Counted from the whole stretch's first letter, positions 12,684 through 25,060 are shown. The stretch: DNA of 63,105 bases, filler included, from Folioceros fuciformis (GCA_049999805.1; 15 parts of 15 records of this genome joined end to end with filler, not necessarily neighbours in it), one strand, 5' to 3'. The notes: generated by a model from the sequence alone, not told the origin. Translations and numbers: made by a program.

Positions 12684-13961
12684 CTTCTCTTCTACCACGA
12701 CCCTCGCGAGCTGGAATACACCTCCTGCCTCCCAACCACGCCTCTGCTGTCAGCGACTCACTCCGGTAGGACACCCACGTTCCTCACTCTCTTCCCCGGT
12801 TACTTCCTTGTGGCCAGTCCAACACTTCCTCCCTTGCTCTCGTCTCTTCTTCTCCTCGATCTAATTCTCCCAAACCAGCCTTCCCTTCTCAACTCAACTC
12901 CCTCAACTCCTCTACTCCATACCTACCTATGCAACTCCTTTATTCTTCGTTTGTCAGGGGAGTGGTTGCCTGACCTCGTTCAAGAGGAGGACCACTGATG
13001 CGATGGTAGCGAAGATCTCTAGTCAGTTCGCGTTGAGTCGAAGACCCAGGCCCTTCTCGACAGACTCACCCAGGTCGGTCGGACACCGCAGGCGTGCGTG
13101 CGAAACATGGCACCTCACATCCAGGCATCTGGGCCATCACGATCCCCACCAAGCTACCAGACACTGCAGACGACGCAATTGGTAGGAGCGCACTCGTTGG
13201 AACACGAATAAGTGTGCTCAGGCTTGGTGAAAAACGGAGAACGACCACTTTATCTCTTGAGCCCTATGACTCTTATAGAGTGCCTGGCTACTGTCGGTTG
13301 GGATGGTTGGTCGGGTAGGCAGCCATTGATGGTCTCTCACCTGCCACAGCGCTTAAGCGCATTAAACGGCATTAAACGGCGCTTAAACTACCCCCTCTAC
13401 CACGTCTGATCCTAACTACCCAATTCTATTGGGGACGCTTCGGTCCCCTCCCGCTCATTCCACCCGCGCCTGATTCCTCCTCTTCTTCCAGCTCTTGGCC
13501 ACTCTCCAGGGATCGCATATCCAATCAGACCCCTCAACGTCGGTCTCACCGTCGCCGACTTTGAAATCGCTCGTAGGGAGGGGAACTCCAGCGAGGGCCT
13601 CCCTTCATCTACAAGTAGACCTGTTTGGGGAGAGTGGGTGCATGGGAACGCTTCCCTTTGCCGTCCTTCTTTGGTAGGTCGAGAAGGGTTCGTTCTTACA
13701 TCGGTAGGTTCCGAGACCGGATCCCCAAAGATCGAGAGCTCACAAATAGCAGCACTGTTTGCGGGGTAACCTCACTCGCTTCGACTTTACCCCTGGTTAT
13801 TCGTGGTTACTAATTTAGGTTATATGCTAAAGGGCTATCTAGCGAAGGGGTGCTTAGCTTAGGTATATACATACCTTGACTATATTTTGTATTCATTCTC
13901 TTGCATAATTAATAATTGCTTTATGCTCTCTTTTTCCTGCTCTACCATTTTTCTTTCAACA

Positions 13962-14911
13962 AGTACGAAGGGACTACGCCATGGAACACATGGACGTCAA
14001 ACAGCCTTCCTGAATGGGACTCTGGAGGAAACAATATTCATGAGTCAGTCGGAGGGGTTTGTGGATCCCAAACATCCAGGAAAAGTGTGCAGACTAATCA
14101 AGACCATCTATAGACTGAAGCAGTCCCCTCGAGCTTGGTACAAACGTATTGACACATACCTCAAGCAGTCGGGCTTCCTGCAGTCAGAGTCTGACTCCAA
14201 CGTATACAAGCTGGAGGAGAAGAATGGAGTGGTCTTTCTGGCCCTCTACGTGGACAACGCAGTCCTTATTGCCAGCAACCCAAAAATCATGGCTAAGGTC
14301 AAAACCATACTTACCTCCGAGTTTTCTGTGACTAACTTGGGTAAGCTCATGTGGTTCCTTGGCATAGAGATCCTGCAAAACATGGCAACACACACGGTGT
14401 TCATACATCAGGCACAATACATAAGTCAAGTACTGGCTAGGTACATAATGGTAGATAGCAAACCTGCTGCAACACCTATGGCTATTGGTGAAAAACTTAG
14501 TACAAAACAGTCACCTAAAATAGAAGCAGAAAGGCAGCAGACGGAGAGGGTCCCCTATCAGTCAGCAGTATGCTCGTTGATCTACTGCACAAATTGGACA
14601 CGTCCAGACTTGTCATACGCAGTGGGAGTAACCTCCCAATTCCTAACCTGCTATGGAACAGCACACTAGACTGTAGTACGGAGAGTGATGTGATACCTGA
14701 AAGGCACTCCAAGACTTGGCTTGCTACACAAGCAGAGGCCCAAGAGTCTGTTCATGACCTATTTCTGTGATACGGACTGGGCAGCTGATGCCGACACTCG
14801 CAGGTCAAATATCAGCTAATTGCTTGCTACTAGGAGCACACGAGTATGATGCTACAGTCATCTCCTCGTTCAACAAGAAATAGCAGGTTGTGGCCCTATC
14901 TTCTACAGAAG
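13962..14911 (+). mobile_element. Decayed Ty1/copia reverse transcriptase / RNase H fragment
   Basis: TAFLNG, LKQSPRAWY, LYVDN (degenerate YVDD), TRPDLSYAV, CDTDWA and VALSSTE motifs. Confidence 0.92.
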
Positions 14912-15191
14912 TGTGAACCACCAAAGTTTGGGGTAGTGGTTTTTTTTTTTGTTGAAAAAGGGTTGATAGTGGTACGGTACGGTTTGGTTTTCTTTTTCTA
15001 CCTATTTTCCCTAGTTTTTCTTTATTTTCTGGTCATTTTTCCTATTTTTCTTTGTGCTAATTAGGTTAGTAGACCAGTAAATAGTTGGTTTGGTTATTAG
15101 AGTGGGTATAGGTTTGGTCCCAGACCTGCGAAGGATTAGGTCCAGTACCGAACCATAGGGTCGGGAAAGGTTGAGTCTAGGTCTGGTGATT
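14912..15191 (+). mobile_element. 5' terminus of TGTGAACC-family LTR inserted into copia RNase H
   Basis: TGTGAACCACCAAAGTTTGGGGTAG interrupts the ALSSTE motif; matches 1-64 (minus strand) and 32473. Confidence 0.75.
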
Positions 15192-15408
15192 NNNNNNNNN
15201 NNNNNNNNNNNNNNNNNNNNNNNNNNNNNNNNNNNTTAATTAATTAANNNNNNNNNNNNNNNNNNNNNNNNNNNNNNNNNNNNNNNNNNNNCCCCCCCCC
15301 CTAAAATTAAGAAATAAGAAAGGGGCCTGGGAGTAGGTAGTTATGGACTTAGGCTGGAAAACAGGGATGCTGTGACTCGGCGAAGGCAAGTAGCTGAAGT
15401 TTGGCGAT

Positions 15409-15592
15409 GGAGGTAGTCGAAGAACAACGACGGTCGCCGAAGGGAGGTAGTCGAAGGACAACGACGGTCATCGAAAGGAGGTAGTCGAAGAACAACGACG
15501 GTCCCCGAAGGGAGGTAGTCGAAGGACAACGACGGTCGCCGAAGGGAGGTAGTCGAAGGACAACGACGGTCGCCGAAGGGAGGTAGTCGAAA
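15409..15592. repeat. 34-bp tandem repeat (~5.5 copies) in the putative LTR
   Basis: GGAGGTAGTCGAAGGACAACGACGGTCGCCGAAG units. Confidence 0.9.
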
Positions 15593-17344
15593 GGGCTACC
15601 GGTATTCGAGCGATAATAGAGGTAGCCAAAGCAGCTACCAATAGAGGAAGGACAACGCCAGTAGTCGAAGCGCAATGATGGTTGCTGAATCAGCTACCCA
15701 AGGTTGCTGAAACCCCTACCTGCACCAGGAGGCCTGGAATAGCAATAATTGCAGCCAGAGTGACAGGAGGCAACCAGCAGTCTTAGAGGGCATAGAGTGG
15801 ACAGCCAGGATAGGTCAGCTAGCAAGGGGAGTGAGGTGGATACTTTTAGAAGGATTTGCCCAATCAGCAGCCGGGAAGGAGAGCCTAAAGATTTTGTGTG
15901 GCAAGGGAAGGTGGGCCAGAAGAATAAATAGGAGGAGAGAGAGTGGCACTAAGGTAAGCCAGGAGTGGTTGCATCTCAAAATAGTATTTAGATAAGATCT
16001 GGCAAGATGCTATCTTGACCTGGTGCCGCCTGCCATTAAGAGCACCTTTTCTAAAGTTGACTATTTTAGAACTAGACTTTATCAGGGGCTGTGACTCCGG
16101 CTCTTAGAAACTCTATACAAAAGGGGCTTGTCGATGCCTCTCTGATTAGCAAATGTTTGAGACTCCTCCCGGTTGAGATCCCCTGCGCTGTCCATGGCGG
16201 GACTAGAGAGGTCTGGGTGAGGTAGTGAGTGTGAGACGCTAAACCCTGAAGTGAGGGGGAGGAATCTGCGAGTTGCGCAGAGCGGAAGGAGCACCTCCTT
16301 TCCTTATTCCCTGAATGGCCAGCTGTGTTTTGTAGTCGAAAGTGAGCGGGACGAATCCACCGTTATTGGAGTGAAGGGAGAGTTTCTCCTTCCCTTTCCC
16401 CTGAAGTGGTTGACTGCATTTTTAATCTGGAGTCGAGAGAAGAGTGTGAGTTGAGGAGGAGGAGAAGGCTAAGAGTGAGTGAGGAGAAGGAGAAGGCTGA
16501 GAGTGCGTGAGAGGAGGAGGAGAAGGAGGCTGAGGAGCTGGAGTTAGTTGAGAAGAAGGGAGTGAGGACTAATTTTTGTCCGTAGCTGAGGAGAGGGGGA
16601 CAAATCCACCACTGTTGGAGTGGAGGGAGAGTTTTCTCCTCCCTTATCCCTGAACCATCGGCTACGTGCTGAATCTGGTGAGGAGAGAGAGCTGGAAGAC
16701 TGAAGAAAACCTTGGAAGATTGCTGGAAGAGATTCGCTAAGAAATTGTTGGAAGAGTTTGCTAAGGTTTGGACGAGATTGCTGGGGAATTTTTTAGGAAT
16801 CCCTGGACGTTTGTGGAGGATTGTGAGAGGTTGATGGAGTTGCTGTAAGATTGCTGGAGACATTGCTGAAGAGCTAAAGAAAACAGCTAAGAAAGTTGTT
16901 GGAGAATGGAGGAAGAGTGTTGAAGATTTGGATGCGAATCCTGGAGAGTTTCTGTGAGATTTTGAAGTGTTTATGTGCAGCTATGGAAGCTTGTTGAAGC
17001 CCATGAGAGATTGTGAGGAGTGGTGAAGGATTGTGAAGGATTTGCTGGGGATTTGGAGACATTGCTGGAGATTGAAGCCCTTGGGGGCAGGCCTGTGAGA
17101 ATAATTGTGAACCAGAGCTCTTGTGTGTGTTTTGTGTGTGAGGGGAGTGTTGCATGAGTGTGTGGGGAGAAGTGGCTGATCCGCAAGGCTTCGTTCCCCA
17201 AGGATCAGCCCTTGCATATGTGAGAAGCATCGAATAACCCAGCCCTGTGAGTCTGGGATGTCCTGGGCAGAAACCCGTGGGAGGAAACCTGCGGCGGCGC
17301 CTGCGCCAAAAATAATTAGTTAGGGTTTGGGGTGGGACCACCAC

Positions 17345-17530
17345 GGTAGTGGAAAAACGACAGAGGTCGTGGAATCCACTACCGGTAGTTGAAAGACGAC
17401 GGAGGTACTTGAATCCACTACTAGTAGTTGAAAGACCACGGAGGTAGTGGAACCCACTACCGGTAGTTGAAAGACGATGGAGATAGTGGAATCCACTACC
17501 AGTAGTTGAACCCTACCCCGGTAGTTGAAG
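17345..17530. repeat. ~39-bp tandem repeat in LTR U5
   Basis: GTAGTTGAAAGACGACGGAGGTAGTGGAATCCACTACCG-like units. Confidence 0.8.
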
Positions 17531-17800
17531 AGTCAGTAGTTGTAGAGCCCCCTACCTCGGTAGCCGAGTAGGTTTGTCAGGTAGTCCAAGGTCGAGGTAG
17601 CCGGAAGTAGGGGTAGTTGAACCAGCAGGTAGGGAGTTGGGGTAGTTAAAGTCCGTCCTAGGTAGTAACTGACTTTTAGAAGAAACCTGTGTTATTTGAC
17701 AAAAATCATTCCCTTGGGATCGAATCCCAGTGCTATAACGACAAAGAGGGTTTGTGTGGACCTTGCAGCACCCCCGGGGGCAATATTTTCCCCCACATTT

Positions 17801-17818
17801 TGGCGCCATTGCCGGGGA
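17801..17818 (+). promoter_or_regulatory. Primer-binding site, Athila-type (tRNA-Asp-like)
   Basis: TGGCGCCATTGCCGGGGA lies 3 nt after the LTR-terminal CA; it resembles the Athila PBS TGGCGCCGTTGCCGGGGA. Confidence 0.75.
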
Positions 17819-19266
17819 ATGTATTGCTGTCAAGAACATAGGTAGGAGTGACTAACCTTTGGATAGAGAGTGTAGAGTAGCCTAAATAGAGAGTCTAGGT
17901 AGTGATAGGTTGATGGATGCCTAGGAGGAGAATCAATGACTTTGAGCCTGATCCTCTAGAACTACCATTGGTGAGCGGCAACTCCAGGCAGCGGAGAGGT
18001 TGCGGAGGGTTGCCAGAAGGTCGCAGTGGGAGAGCACACTTGTTGGACGAGGAAGAGGGACAATGAGTCAGCCTGGAGCTGAAGGTCAGATTTTATTTGA
18101 GTCGGCTCTGCAACTTTCGAGTGGGGAGGAGGTATCTGGGCCCGGGTACCCCAATCCAAGCTCGCTGGTAGATCTCCATTCCAGGTTGCCTTGCTCAACT
18201 TCAGTCCAAACACATTTTGTGGGTGTAGAAGTCAGTTCAGGCGCGGTAGTTGTATCGGCTACCTACTCCCTGCGCATCCAGAGAGAAAACCGAATGTCAG
18301 TGGAAGAAAGTCAGCTGGAGCATCTAGTCAGTTTCGTGAGGCACATTGAAGACAGGGAGCAGGCACTGGTGGCGATGCAGGAGATGCAGGCCAAGAGCAA
18401 GGAGTGGCACGACTGCAAGCTGAACAAGCAGGAGTGGGTGGTACCTAGAGATCTAGCCCTATTGTATGACAACAGGTATATGCACTTCCCGGGGAAGTTG
18501 CATCTGAGGAGGATGGGGCCATACAAGGTAGCTGAAGCTTTCGACAATTGGTCTATTCAGCTGCAACAGATGGACGGACAGTCACTGCCAACCAGAGTCA
18601 ATGGTTAGCGAGTGAAGAAATATTATGTGTAGGTTGGCGAGGATGCCAACAAATGAGAAGAGGAGTATGTAGAAGAAAAAAACTTTCGAGACTCCCATTT
18701 TGAAGGACGGAATGAATAGGTTGTGATTTTTTTTGTGAGAACGCGAGTGAATCGGCTTAGTATGTGAATAAGACTTGGGTATTTATACCCAAAGTCTCCT
18801 TGGCCCTTGGTGTTTTGGTGGGACTGAGTGACAAGACCGAAGGGAAGGGTGAGCAAGAGTGTCCTTGGCCCTTGGTGGTTCGGGGACACTCAGGTGTCTA
18901 CATATGCAAAAATAAGAAAATAGAAAGAGGGGTAGGGGCTTAGGTAGTTGTGGACTTAGGCAAAAATCGGGATGTTGTGATTGGGCAACGGTAGCCAGTT
19001 GGGTGACCGTCGTGGAAGGGGAACCGGCGGTAGCCCAACCGGCAAAGGTGGAATGGGGACGGCTAGTATAAAACCCTAGAGAAAGTCAGGGGGACTTGGG
19101 CAGTATTCGAGGCAAGAGCGTCCACGAGTTCGAGTGAGAGCGAGAGTAGCAGTGGAGCGCAACGACAGCCAGGAGCAGAGCGGGCGCTAAGGCAACGGAG
19201 CGGAGCAGGTGGAGGACGCCAGGCAACCACAGGTGCAGGAGGGCAGCGGCGTCTGGAGCACGAGAG

Positions 19267-21121
19267 GTGATCAGGCAGAATGAGGTCTCTTCCAGAGCTG
19301 CTGCCAGCAGTAATGGCAGTAATGGAGAGGAAGAAGGACCTCCTGTCCGGAAAATCGATGTGCTCCTGTGGCCCAACATGGAGCCCTTGAGGGTCACAGC
19401 CAAAGGGCTGGTCGGAGAACTAGGCCTTGGGTCCAGAGGTGAAATCATGCGGCGCCAAGGCTAATCAGGGAGTGCGCCTTGAGGTTGAGGGAGCCAGCCC
19501 GTGAAGAAGGGATCAGAGACAGACCCCAGGAATGGAACTTGGAGCTGGTGAGGCAGGTGTATGGCCGCAATCAACAGGAGGAGGGAGGACTTGTGCTGGA
19601 GTCCCTGAAGAAGCGCAACAGCACAATGGACGCCGAGGTGCCGTTCAAGCCGGGTACCAAACGGGAGGCCAACGGATGGCTGATCCGTGATATGGCTAAC
19701 CCCCAGCTGATGGGCCTGGCCAAATGGTTCCTTAGCTTCCTACAAATTCGTAAGCAGGACTATCTGTCGGATCAGATGCTCCTGTTCGTGCACGAGGTTG
19801 TCAAGGGGAGCAAGGTGGATTGGGGAAAAATCCTGTACACCAGGATAAACGAGGAGAGGCAGAATTTATGCCTGCCTTCTCCTCAGCCTTCGATGATCTC
19901 CCCCTTCCTAATACATATTTATTGTCATGCTAACCTTGTGTCTGAATTGGAGGTACTCACCTCGCTGCACATGTGGAGGCCAATAAGGGACGTGAAGTGG
20001 AAGCACGCCGAGCCAGAGGGAGCCGACTCCAGCAGCTGGGAGTTGGGAGGCGCGAACAGCTCAGAGGAGGAGACTCCCACTAGGCTGAAGAGGAAGGCGA
20101 GGGTAGGGAAGAAGACTCCTGCCAAAGGAGACGAGCCAATGGGCATGTCACCAGGAGAGGAAGTGGGTCAACACCACAAGAGGCAGCCCCGGAACAAGCT
20201 GAGCACGAGCAGGAGGCTGCCCAGGAGCCAGCAGAGTAGGGCTAGAACAAGGAGGAGCCAGAGGCACCTCAGGAGCAGGTGCCAGAAATGGAAGTAGCCC
20301 CTCTTGAGGTGATGGGCAAATTAGGGCACGTTCCGAAACAGGAAGCCTTCCCAGGATGGGAAGATGTTTTTAGGAAAATTCCTCTGGTAGATAGGCTGCA
20401 GGCAGGGGAGCTGAAGAGACTACGAGCGCTACTAGGAAGGTAGATAACCAAGAGGGGAATGGCCCATGTGGAGTTACAGAAGGTGGATATGCTGGGACTA
20501 ACCTCAGTAATGGTGCAAGCACAAGCGGACCTGCTGGACCAGGCGACCAGGGTGCTGACCTGGCTGAGCATGCAAGCGGAGAGGGAGGTTGAGGCCCGGA
20601 GTAAGGAGGCAGAGGCGAGAGGGAAGGAGGCCAAAGCCTGGAGGTAGCTGGCGGAGTCCGAGATGGCACGGTGGCTCCTGGAAGAGAAGCAGCAGGTCCT
20701 GAGTGAGGACAAGGCACAGGTGGAGGAAGAGGCGCGCCAAGCGAAGGCAGAGATATAGGCGGTGAAGGAGCAACAGGGGACACTCCTAGCTCAAGTGAGG
20801 GAAGCCCATGAGACTAATTTGGAAATGCAACAGGAGATGGCTATGGCTCACAAGCAGGAGATGGCTGCAGTGGAACAAGTCCAGAAGCTGGCCGACAGGT
20901 ACAAACGGGAGCGGGACGAGGCCCGGGAGCGAGTGAAGGGGAAGGGCAAGGCTGGGCGGAGTAGCCAAACGGCAATGCCGGTAGTCGAAGGGGCTACCGG
21001 TAGTCATGCGACATCCGAGGTAGCCAAAGGGGCTACCGGTAGTCATGCGACATCCGAGGTAGCCAAAGGGGCTATGTCATGCTGTTGCTGTATGGGAAAC
21101 AGAGCACCTAAGACTCTATGA
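19267..21121 (+). pseudogene. Retroelement 3' accessory ORF (VDWG...SPFLIHIY region plus coiled coil), broken by stops and frameshifts
   Basis: Colinear ORF pieces 19267-19464, 19479-20297, 20459-20647 and 20762-21121 downstream of the integrase remnant; TATAAAA at ~19066. Confidence 0.6.
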
Positions 21122-21906
21122 CTGGATACTGACTAGAGCATCCTGGGCATAAGCCCTGAATGCTGAAATGACTAGATACTGACTGGAGCATCTCGGGCAT
21201 AAGCCCTGATGCTGAAGTGCTTGATGATGTCATGTACATGGCCCATGGATGGCCTGCACATGACATGTATGCCATATATGCATGTGTGCCATGTATGCAT
21301 GCATATGGAGATGAAGGATGACATGTGATGTTTGTGGACATGTGGCAGGTGATGTGTCATGGCGCATGCAACCTATATGCATGGTTGTGCATGAAAGGCG
21401 CGGTGCTATGCCGCATATATAGATNNNNNNNNNNNNNNNNNNNNNNNNNNNNNNNNNNNNNNNNNNNNTTAATTAATTAANNNNNNNNNNNNNNNNNNNN
21501 NNNNNNNNNNNNNNNNNNNNNNNNAGGGCTCAGCGTGGCCCCAAGCTTCGGCATCGGTGCAGTGTCAGTCTCCCCCGCGCGACCTGATTCAACAGGGTCA
21601 TCACGCTGCGACCCGGACAAACATTCTGGCCGTGATCAGCTTTCTGGCACAATAATTGTAAGGTAGCCCCACCGACAACCTCCCACTACTGAAGCCCGTT
21701 CATACAAATTAAACATTTTTGTGACAAGGGGTGCGGTGCATAACGCCGGTAACGACTGATGAGCTAACCAGTCACGTACGCATCGCAACCGAAATCACGG
21801 TAGTGTCTCGTGTGGCACGCCACCACGGTCTCGACCAGGAATCGACTCTAGTCGAAAACCAAGAGAAGCAAATGCATACAATTGAAGACTCTCTTCTTGC
21901 TACTCA

Positions 21907-22716
21907 TTAGCTTCGGCCGGCAGAGGCGCTTGTATCACTTGAAATCATATTCTTGGCTCGAGCAAGAATGGAATCTTGAGTGGGGTCGTAAGGATGATCC
22001 TTGGAGGGAATTTCTAGAATTGCAGGAAAGACCTTGTTGTAGCGGTCGATCTGGTAGCGAATCAAGTTGGCAATCTGGAAGAAGTGCAGAGAAACCGAGG
22101 CACAAAGACAATAGTAAAGATTCAAAGGCAGAGAGAGACAGAGATAGAGAGAGACAGAAGAGACGTTTGTAAGTGCTACTGGATTCAGGAAATTGGAATA
22201 GGTTTAGGTCTCGCTCACATGTTGGCTGATCAACAGGATTGCCAGGTCGCTTCGGTTAGTGAACTCCTTGAATGCATCCTCGATAGCTTTCAGAGGCGTC
22301 TCTGCATCCACATTCACAACGAGGGATTCAGCCTTTGCGAAATTTTCAAGTGCAAACCTCGAGATCTGGCTAGTGTAGGAAAAGGAGCCACGAGTTGTAG
22401 AGCACAGCATGGATGAAGGTGAGCTGGCTCACTTGAATCCACAACCAGGTAGTTCGTTTTCCTCCGGACATCTACATTGCCCACTCCAACTAGTAGGAAT
22501 CCGGTGACGGTGTCCTGCATGAAATCAATTTCAGCTTCTTCGCATACGCAGCACCACGTGACAATAGTTTGCAAACAGATTGATCCACCAAAATTGCGCG
22601 CCAGCTGCTACCTCGTCTGCTATGATCCCAATGAGATTCTTGCCAGCCAAAGCCGGGTCTTGGGGGCCGTCCATCTTCACCTCGCTTGCACCCGGCTTCG
22701 GCGCACTTCCAGCCAT
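21907..22716 (-). CDS. VHA-F: V-type proton ATPase subunit F
   Basis: Exons 22716-22612, 22514-22433, 22301-22219 and 22074-21907 with GT-AG junctions; LIGIIADEDTVTGFLL.GVG and ILEIPSKDHPYDP.QDSIL. Confidence 0.95.
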
Positions 22717-24602
22717 GGCGACGAGACACGGAAGAAACCACTCGCGTCCAGCGTAGACGACACCGTCTTGTCGAGAGGAAACGGCACAGGGAGGGTTTCA
22801 GTCGGGGGAGTCCATACGCATAGGTAGAAAGAGTGTTAGTATTTTTCGTAAAATCTTAGTCTGCCTAAACAGACCACAGTAGGTGTGATTGAGAAACGGA
22901 CTCCTATGCCGTATTTAGCACTTTCTGCGGAATGAGCGGTGACGGTGAAGGAATCAGAGGGCCCTCTTCATCAGTCCCAGCCCAGCGTTTCTCCACCAAC
23001 CACAGAACTCTTATCTGATGCGTCTTTGGGATGGGAGGAACATGTAAGGATTAGCGAGGAGCTCATGGTGGTGTTTCTTCGTTACTTGTCATAACCTTTA
23101 ATATTCGTGGAGATTGCATCGTGAAAGCAGTTTCGGATGATTCAGGAAGATGTATCAGGAGCTGGTTTGATTGGTGGAACCTGCATAGTGGATGTGTGCG
23201 CAGACTGCGGCATCTTATGGGATGTCGTGCAGTGTTCGAGCGAGCATTCGCCTACAGGATTGAGGAAGACGATGCTCAGATTCAAGCTTGGTCAAGAGTT
23301 ATTCCTCGGGTCACGGGAAGGAGCTTGGAGGAGGATGGATCGGAAGGAAGTATCGTGGTGTTGGTCACGGGTAGGAGCTTGGAGGAGGCAGGATCGGAAA
23401 GTAGTATTTTCGTGGTGTTGGCATCTGGCTGGTAGATGACACCCTCCGTGAACATGGATGACTTGAAATGCATATATATGAGGGAGTCCTCAAGCTTCAT
23501 GCAGCTATGAAACAAGAGAGCACGATTCTTATCTATGACGTTAGACTGTGCCCCCCCCCCCGGAAAGCAGGTGCCAGTTGTGTTGNNNNNNNNNNNNNNN
23601 NNNNNNNNNNNNNNNNNNNNNNNNNNNNNTTAATTAATTAANNNNNNNNNNNNNNNNNNNNNNNNNNNNNNNNNNNNNNNNNNNNAACCTGCACCTCCTG
23701 CAAAGAATTGTGGTTGGGAAAGGATCGTGCTCCCCCTGCTGCCAGATCCGCCTGGCGAGCTCCTACCCGAAGAGCAAACCATCTGGGATTCCTGTGTGTG
23801 CAATCTGGACTGAAGCAAGGGCAATTCTGGGCAATCTCAGGCCTAGAAGCAGTAATCTCAAGCAAATTTGAGAGAGGTACAGACGCCTGGATTCCATGTA
23901 GCCAGCCATGGGCAGAGAGCCAAATTGCGATTTGATCAGAAGAAGACAGGGCCTGCAATTCCCTGGGAGGATTCAGAATTCCAAAGATTGGACATCATCC
24001 GAATGCCTGATCCCTTGCAATTCTGTTAGATTGAGGCCCAGTTTGCCTTTGAGACCGTGAGCCTAGACGTTGAGATCTCTTGCGAGTTCTTGCCATGGTG
24101 ATATGATTGGAGAGATCGAGAAGAATTGCCCCCGCGACAATTGTCTCGCGTCGCGCATGTGAACGAAGCTCGAAGAGGGAGAGGCCGCGAGCCCTCCGCG
24201 AAAATTAAAGTCATTTTTACGACGTTTGCCTCTTGATATGTTTATACCAAACCAAATGTATAATGTGTTGAGGTATGAGTCGGGTAAGTAATCTGCTCCA
24301 CATCAAAACTTTGAAGTTAAGTGCCCAAGGGTAGGATCAGTACTGAGGTGGGGGACTGATCAACGATATCATTTTCGTGGATTTTTATATCAGAACGTTC
24401 TATTCTGAAAGTAGATTGTATAGAGAAGCTTGCTACTCTAATCTAAACCTATTGATCTGCAGATTTAATTAGAAGCAACTTTCTATTAAACATCATAAGA
24501 GATCCAGAGATCTCCCCATCTTACACACACAGATCTCCCCAGAGATCTTGCGCAAACTCAACAACATCTTTCTAGCCATGATCAGTAACCATGTGAGCCG
24601 TA

Positions 24603-24822
24603 GCTCTGATACCAAGTTAGAATTGCTAACGCGGAAGCAAATGCATCGAAGATGATCTATTAGCAACTCAATAGGTGGATACAAAGGTAGGCCTTAAATA
24701 GCAGTTTACGAAGGGGTGCGTTCTATAACTAGCCTGCCAGTTAACTAACTGCACTTATAACTAGGTCTAGTTAGACTAACCAACGTGATACAGAACCACG
24801 TGGTCTGCCTTATATTTTAACT
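24603..24822 (-). mobile_element. 208-bp LTR with AG...CT termini (24822-24615) followed by a tRNA-iMet PBS
   Basis: Minus strand reads AGTTAAAAT...TATTTAA...ATTCTAACT then TGGTATCAGAGC; 8/9-bp terminal inverted repeat. Confidence 0.65.
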
Positions 24823-25060
24823 TTCTCTGCATCGGATGCAGACTTCTTGAAGTACCTCCTTTCGAATTCCGAATCAATCAGCTGGCGCGCCCTTCTGCCT
24901 TCTGTCTCTGGCCAGGATTGCGCGCAGAAATTTCTGCGAGGCATCCTTCTAGAGAGAACTAGGGATTACTTGGCTGGAGGGTCCAAGAACCTCACCATTG
25001 AATCATAACTAATAGATTATAGAAACAATTGCCATGTGCGCATCAAGGAACGAGCCTCGC

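Larger units (their letters stand above)
15292..21424 (+). mobile_element. Internally deleted Athila-like Ty3/gypsy element: long LTR, PBS, gag/integrase remnants, 3' accessory ORF
   Basis: LTR ends CCCCACA at 17797; PBS TGGCGCCATTGCCGGGGA; integrase tail LLYDNR..FPGKL...GPYKV...RVNG; a downstream ORF with a coiled-coil tail. Confidence 0.78.

Noticed and set aside
15409-15592. CRISPR-like array (34-bp periodicity)
   Set aside because: Head-to-tail units without unique spacers, no cas genes, eukaryotic retroelement context.
16252-16654. Hammerhead ribozyme / retrozyme call
   Set aside because: Three-stem layout is similar, but the CUGAUGA and GAAA core is not present; kept only as an unassigned structured motif.
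23686-24602. Endogenous caulimovirus downstream of the iMet PBS
   Set aside because: No recognisable movement, coat or RT motifs; the PBS abuts an LTR-like unit. Internal region left unassigned.
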